From positions 85,501 through 149,500 of IMG/VR virus record IMGVR_UViG_3300001472_000003: DNA of 64,000 nucleotides. One strand, 5' to 3'. The notes under the pieces were generated by a model. It saw only the letters and a list, made by a program, of their open reading frames with translations, was not told the origin of the DNA and searched no databases. Each line of letters begins with the position of its first letter. Position 1 is the first letter of the stretch. A program made the translations under genes and the position numbers. Positions 59,338-64,000 of the stretch are shown here, piece by piece. The DNA comes from a virus.

Positions 59338-60633
59338 CTAAGGGTTCATGTGTATATTATTGGCAACTTCTGTTAAATCACCAGATGCGGTTACATCAAT
59401 ATTAGCTTCTGCTTCTATCGTCATATCATTTGTGGATTTTATAGCCATTGTATTATCTGCAGCAAAACCAATAGTATTGGCAGCTCCTATATTAATATTA
59501 TTTACACCAACCACACTATAATCACCAGTATTCATATGAAAATGATTATTAGTAACAGATATATTGCTATTACCACCTATAGTTGTTTTACTATTTATTC
59601 CAACAGACAAGGTGCTATTTTTATTAATTGTTTCTGTATGATTTTCTGTGACACGTATACTATTATTTCCATTTATTTGTGTGCTTGAGTCTGATACAAT
59701 TTCTGTAACTTTATTGCCTTGTACTTTTGTTATCATATCACCTTTGACGGTCAGATAATAATCTTTATCTACTTCAGTAATCATATCACCTTGTACATAC
59801 AATCTAGCATTGCCAGCCACAGTAACATTTAATGATCCTCTTATATAACAATTTTTATTGTCAACAACTATTTCATAATCCTTACCATTTATTTTAGTAA
59901 TACGATTGCCGTCTGGTTGTATTTCCCTAAATGTACCTGCTGTATGATATTCATGTATTCTTTCTGCATTGGGTGTATCATCAATCTCAAAGGTATGACC
60001 ACCTTCTGTAGTATTAACATGATTAAAAGGATACGTAGATTCATTTACATCATCAGGATACTTGTCTCTTTCTTCCCCACCATACCTAGGATTAGGCTCA
60101 CTCCAGGATGATCTATTATATAATGATCTATCATTTTTATCAGGCATTACAGAAAATACGTGTGGAGCTATTGCTGTAGGAACATCTTCTAATTTGGTTT
60201 CTCTTTTAGTAGAAAGCATATTACTACTTTCTGCATCGTCCCGGGATAGTATTGGTATATCCGATTGGTCAATATTAGAAGGATATTTGCCATTAGGATC
60301 GTTAAACCCCAAATCAGGATTAGGATAATTAGTCGGGTGGCCTGCAATTGTGCCTAAAACAATAGGTTTTTGATTATATCCAGGATCTAAAAACATGCCA
60401 ATAACCCATGTGCCTTCTACTATTCCTGTTGGAGATCTGCCTATACCAGATACACCAGCTGATGTAATATCTTGTATTACTTGTGCCCATGGTAAAACTG
60501 ATGTTGGTACATCTGATTTCAATTCACTATGTATTCCTGCAAATCGAACTTTGATTCTACCCATTTGTTCAGGATCATTTCTATCCTCTACAACTCCAAT
60601 GTATATATTATTGCTTTTTGTAGTGTTTTTCAT
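59338..60633 (-). CDS. gp5: Baseplate central spike (no lysozyme domain)
   Basis: GVVEDRNDP..MGRIKVR OB-fold, YPFNHV..TEGGH..EIDDTP..ERIH, beta-helix, IHMNP end. Confidence 0.93.
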   Translation of the reverse strand: MKNTTKSNNIYIGVVEDRNDPEQMGRIKVRFAGIHSELKSDVPTSVLPWAQVIQDITSAGVSGIGRSPTGIVEGTWVIGMFLDPGYNQKPIVLGTIAGHPTNYPNPDLGFNDPNGKYPSNIDQSDIPILSRDDAESSNMLSTKRETKLEDVPTAIAPHVFSVMPDKNDRSLYNRSSWSEPNPRYGGEERDKYPDDVNESTYPFNHVNTTEGGHTFEIDDTPNAERIHEYHTAGTFREIQPDGNRITKINGKDYEIVVDNKNCYIRGSLNVTVAGNARLYVQGDMITEVDKDYYLTVKGDMITKVQGNKVTEIVSDSSTQINGNNSIRVTENHTETINKNSTLSVGINSKTTIGGNSNISVTNNHFHMNTGDYSVVGVNNINIGAANTIGFAADNTMAIKSTNDMTIEAEANIDVTASGDLTEVANNIHMNP

Positions 60634-61897
60634 TATTTAAGCCTTTTTTAAATCCTATTTTTACACAATAAAAAGATGTATCAAATTCTTGTCCGTCTGT
60701 AATATGATCAACATCTGTTATTAGCCAATTACCAGAAATTAAATTATCATTTAATTTTGGAATAGTAAATCCATGAACTGTTGGTAAATTTAAACTAATT
60801 ACTTTTCCAACTGATAAATCTACATTGCCAGGAACTTTAACATTCATTTTTAAATTTTGTGTTAATAAACTATATGATAATCTTCTTGGTATAATACTTT
60901 TAGCATATTGATCAAACCGTGTTACATCTGTAATATATGTTGATCTTTCATTAATTTTATAAGCATGCTTTTCTAAAAAACTATCACTATTAGGATTTAC
61001 CGCGGTTTTATCAGTAGCATATTCATTAATATCATTAAAGTGGGCATGTGCTATATAATCATGGTATGTAATTTGTTTAGATATAATATCTACCTCTTCA
61101 ACACTAGAGGATAATCCTCCATTATATATTCTGTCTCCGATATTTGATCTTGAATCAATAACATAATTTTTAATATTATAAAATTCTTTTTCCCATTTTT
61201 TTGTTACTGATGCTAAGGAAGTTCTAATAGATTCATCATAATTATATGTTGCAATTGGATTATCTCTACCGTCTTTTATAAGTTGTTCAATATTATGAAA
61301 ATTAAACCCATCTTTATTTCTATAAAACGCATAATAACTTGACGCGCTGGTTTCACTATATGCCCGTCCACATAAATGTTTCATTGTTTCGAATGGTAAT
61401 AGTCCATTAACAAGATAATCTGCTCGGTTTCCTGTTGGATGATAATTAAAAATAGTGTTGTCTACACTTTGCAAAGTATCTTCATAGACATTTAGAGCAC
61501 TTAATGATATCATATCATTTAAGTATTTGTCTACACTAACTAATGCATTTTCTATATCTTCTAATGTTATACATTGTAACTTATATCTACTTGTTGTTGA
61601 TCCAACGGTGGATACAACATTATCTACAGAAGTTATTTGAAACTTATAAGACCTTATACCAACACCACTTGAGTTTAATGTAACATTAATTTGTTCTTCA
61701 CCTACAATTGGTAATGAATTGATTATATCTAATGCATCAACAATATATATTACACAATTAAATGAAGGCGACATCAACGATTCATTAATCTGTATTGATT
61801 CTAATAGTGGGATAAGATTAATTTTTTCATCACCACTAATGATCTCTAATGATTTTAATCCTCCAGAACCTGCTGGACTAAATTCAGTTGCGGCCAT
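60608..61897 (-). CDS. Baseplate hub protein (gp27-like)
   Basis: LPIVGEE, FY.NKDGFNF, VPGN..L.VG and SGNWLIT.V.H; lies upstream of gp5. Confidence 0.75.
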   Translation of the reverse strand: MAATEFSPAGSGGLKSLEIISGDEKINLIPLLESIQINESLMSPSFNCVIYIVDALDIINSLPIVGEEQINVTLNSSGVGIRSYKFQITSVDNVVSTVGSTTSRYKLQCITLEDIENALVSVDKYLNDMISLSALNVYEDTLQSVDNTIFNYHPTGNRADYLVNGLLPFETMKHLCGRAYSETSASSYYAFYRNKDGFNFHNIEQLIKDGRDNPIATYNYDESIRTSLASVTKKWEKEFYNIKNYVIDSRSNIGDRIYNGGLSSSVEEVDIISKQITYHDYIAHAHFNDINEYATDKTAVNPNSDSFLEKHAYKINERSTYITDVTRFDQYAKSIIPRRLSYSLLTQNLKMNVKVPGNVDLSVGKVISLNLPTVHGFTIPKLNDNLISGNWLITDVDHITDGQEFDTSFYCVKIGFKKGLNNEKHYKKQ

Positions 61898-62399
61898 CTA
61901 ATAACTCTTCTAAATTTTCTTCTGCGGTAGATAAATAAGTTTTATCTAATAATAAAATATTTCTATTATTTTCATTTTTTTCATCTTCTGCTGTATATGC
62001 ATCTACTGCAACCCAATCACCAACACCTGCATTTGAATATACATAACTATCAGGAGTATACAACATACCATCAGAATCTTTATAATATTCAATAGTATTT
62101 TTTGCTGTTTCAGTACTGCCATATTTTAATTTAATATGTTTATCTAATTCTATACTATTCATTGGCCATTGATAGTAAGGATCAACTATATCATTGGACA
62201 AACAAACTAACCAAAAATAATCTGTGCTCCCATAGTAGTGATATGCTATTGATTCAATTGAATCACCTTGTTTTATAGTATATGGCAAATATGCTTTTAA
62301 ATCATTTTCAATTAGATCTCGAATTTTTACACTTTCAAGTATATTTTTTACAGTATAATTTTTATATACAATATTTTTAAAATATTTAAAATAACTCAT
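61884..62399 (-). CDS. gp53: Baseplate wedge protein (LysM-like)
   Basis: YF.YF, Y.IKQGD..E.IA..YYG...YFW.V.L.N.I.DP...WP and NE.NR.I.LL. Confidence 0.92.
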   Translation of the reverse strand: MSYFKYFKNIVYKNYTVKNILESVKIRDLIENDLKAYLPYTIKQGDSIESIAYHYYGSTDYFWLVCLSNDIVDPYYQWPMNSIELDKHIKLKYGSTETAKNTIEYYKDSDGMLYTPDSYVYSNAGVGDWVAVDAYTAEDEKNENNRNILLLDKTYLSTAEENLEELLDGRN

Positions 62400-62413
62400 T
62401 ATAATGATCCTTA

Positions 62414-63298
62414 TTATGTTGAAATGTCTGGGAAAGTAAAATCATCTCTTGTAATTATTTCAACTTCACGTAAGGACATTGATACTGCATAGTATACAGG
62501 ATTGCCTGTGCCTGCATGAAATGCTGCTCCATTAGGTGCTTGATTAATATTTAAAGCTGATATTACGCATCTTTTAATTTTATATAAAGAACTTGATGAC
62601 CCCATAAATGTTATATCTACTTCATCTGGGTATGTTAATAATGAATCTCCTCCACCACTTGTTGTTATACCTTTAGCAGTCGGGTGCATATGTTTTTTAA
62701 GTTCGTTAAATATTTCTAATAGTTTATCTTCATCTTTTTGATTTGTTGGAGATAAATTCCAGGTAAAATTATGGGTTCTTAAATTCACACCATTAAACAA
62801 TAATGCAGCATGAGGATTTGGAATATTACCTTTAGCTAAATCTACTACACCACCCAATTCATTTGATATCCCTCCAACCGCTCTTCTTAATGCAAGACCC
62901 ACTGCAGCTGTTGTAGAAAGATCTCGTGCTCTATCTAATATTTTACCACCTTCAGTGGCAGCCATTGATAATTTAGAACCACTTGTATTTTGTATATTTT
63001 CTATAGCATCACTAAGAGCTAATCCTGCTTGCAACATTTCACCACCAAACGTGCCTAATTCAGCATCTTGATACGATGCGGAATATACTTCATTAAGTTC
63101 TTGTGGAATAGGCAATTGAATATTATTAATAATTTTCCCCTCTACATACGATTTGTTTCTATTGTATTTTATAAAAGAAAACATCATTGCATGTGAGCCA
63201 ATATTAGCTGGATATTGCAATTGTGCAGGTGCACCTGAAGATGCTTTGCTAGTATTAACAACAGCAGCTACTGGTTTTCTGTTACCCATCATTTCCAT
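62414..63298 (-). CDS. gp48: Baseplate tail-tube cap
   Basis: LQYP, I.LPIP, NP...LLF.G..LRTH.F.W.L.P and L.E.EI.TR.D. Confidence 0.85.
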   Translation of the reverse strand: MEMMGNRKPVAAVVNTSKASSGAPAQLQYPANIGSHAMMFSFIKYNRNKSYVEGKIINNIQLPIPQELNEVYSASYQDAELGTFGGEMLQAGLALSDAIENIQNTSGSKLSMAATEGGKILDRARDLSTTAAVGLALRRAVGGISNELGGVVDLAKGNIPNPHAALLFNGVNLRTHNFTWNLSPTNQKDEDKLLEIFNELKKHMHPTAKGITTSGGGDSLLTYPDEVDITFMGSSSSLYKIKRCVISALNINQAPNGAAFHAGTGNPVYYAVSMSLREVEIITRDDFTFPDIST

Positions 63299-63311
63299 GT
63301 TTATTACTCCT

Positions 63312-63319
63312 TATAAATA
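63312..63319 (+). promoter_or_regulatory. Late promoter TATAAATA for gp4 (5 nt before ATG)
   Basis: Exact consensus. A candidate divergent gp48 promoter GATAAATA lies at 63390-63397 on the minus strand inside gp4. Confidence 0.75.
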
Positions 63320-63324
63320 TACTT

Positions 63325-63777
63325 ATGGCATATAGAGGTAGATACAACCCAAAAAATCCAAAGAAGTATAAAGGTGACCCATCTAATGTTATTTATCGTA
63401 GTTTGTGGGAGCGCAAACTTATGATATATTTAGACAACCATGATAAGGTATTATTCTGGTCAAGTGAAGAATTTTGTATTAGATATCAAAATCCTCTAGA
63501 TGGTAAATGGAGAAGATATTTTCCAGACTTTTGGGTCAGAATGATTAATAAGAATGGAATAACCGAGACTGTGGTAATAGAGGTAAAACCTAAAGCACAA
63601 ACAATACCACCTTTAATGGAGAATAAATATACAGTAAAGGGCAGAGTTAGTAGAAGATGGTTGAACCAAGTAAAGACATATGGAATGAATGAAGCTAAAT
63701 GGAAAGCTGCGGATGCATTCTGTAAAGATAGAAAATGGAAATTTCAGATTATGACAGAAAAGGAATTGGGTATATAA
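63325..63777 (+). CDS. gp4: Head completion nuclease
   Basis: Y.P.NPKKY.GD...VIYRSLWE, WSSEE, RYFPDF, IEVKP and N.AKW.AA. Confidence 0.95.
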   Translation: MAYRGRYNPKNPKKYKGDPSNVIYRSLWERKLMIYLDNHDKVLFWSSEEFCIRYQNPLDGKWRRYFPDFWVRMINKNGITETVVIEVKPKAQTIPPLMENKYTVKGRVSRRWLNQVKTYGMNEAKWKAADAFCKDRKWKFQIMTEKELGI

Positions 63778-63803
63778 ATGACAGTATTTAAACAGAGTAA
63801 TTA

Positions 63804-64000
63804 ATGGAATATGATCTTAAATCTAGAGTAATACAATCTTTACAAAATGTATATGATCCTGAGATGCCTTCTATTAGCGTTTATGACTTAGGTTTAATTT
63901 ACAAGATTGAAATAGAAGGCGATAGGTGTATGGTAGAACATACACTTACCAGCATGGCATGTCCTTTTGCTGATCAAATCTGTGCTGATATAGAAAGTGC
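63804..64000 (+). CDS. DUF59 / SufT / PaaD-like Fe-S assembly protein (5' fragment)
   Basis: Not in the ORF track. Manual translation MEYDLKSRVIQSLQNVYDPEMPSISVYDLGLIYKIEIEGDRCMVEHTLTSMACPFADQI matches the DPE...V.DLGLIY...TLT...CP motif. Confidence 0.88.
   Translation, partial: MEYDLKSRVIQSLQNVYDPEMPSISVYDLGLIYKIEIEGDRCMVEHTLTSMACPFADQICADIES

Noticed and set aside
1-64000. Stop-codon reassignment or programmed frameshifts
   Set aside because: The standard code gives dense, abutting, full-length genes. Adjacent ORFs have their own SD or TAATG/ATGA coupling, and TAG and TGA both act as normal stops.

Overview
A 64-kb, very AT-rich segment of a lytic T4-like myovirus (marine exo-T-even type). 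A marine alphaproteobacterial host such as SAR11 is plausible but only inferred, from AT content plus def/queE/DUF59 accessory genes. Almost everything lies on the minus strand. In transcription order from the right end: gp48, gp53, hub, gp5, a 683-aa unknown, gp25, gp6, gp7-like, gp8-like, a 2063-aa DUF4815/VrlC-like protein, then a ~25-kb accessory fibre region (19.7-44 kb), then gp13-gp23, gp3, uvsY, uvsW, gp55, gp47, gp46, a degenerate peptide deformylase and the 5' end of queE. The plus strand carries only a glycosyltransferase, gp4 and the 5' end of a DUF59/SufT-like gene. T4-type late promoters (NATAAATA), several sigma70 promoters and intrinsic terminators are visible. The main novelties are in the fibre region: (i) a chain of fibre proteins with alternating gp36-like C-terminal plugs and gp37-like N-terminal sockets; (ii) FG-GAP beta-propellers that behave as insertable cassettes; (iii) a mirror-symmetric (Y/F)xGx needle next to two glycosyltransferases and a 2OG-Fe(II) oxygenase, with a strong N-x-S/T excess in fibre proteins; (iv) a cluster of palindromes around one fibre-gene start. 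No tRNA, rRNA, CRISPR array, intron, intein or reverse transcriptase was seen. All assignments come from motif recognition by eye, not database searches.
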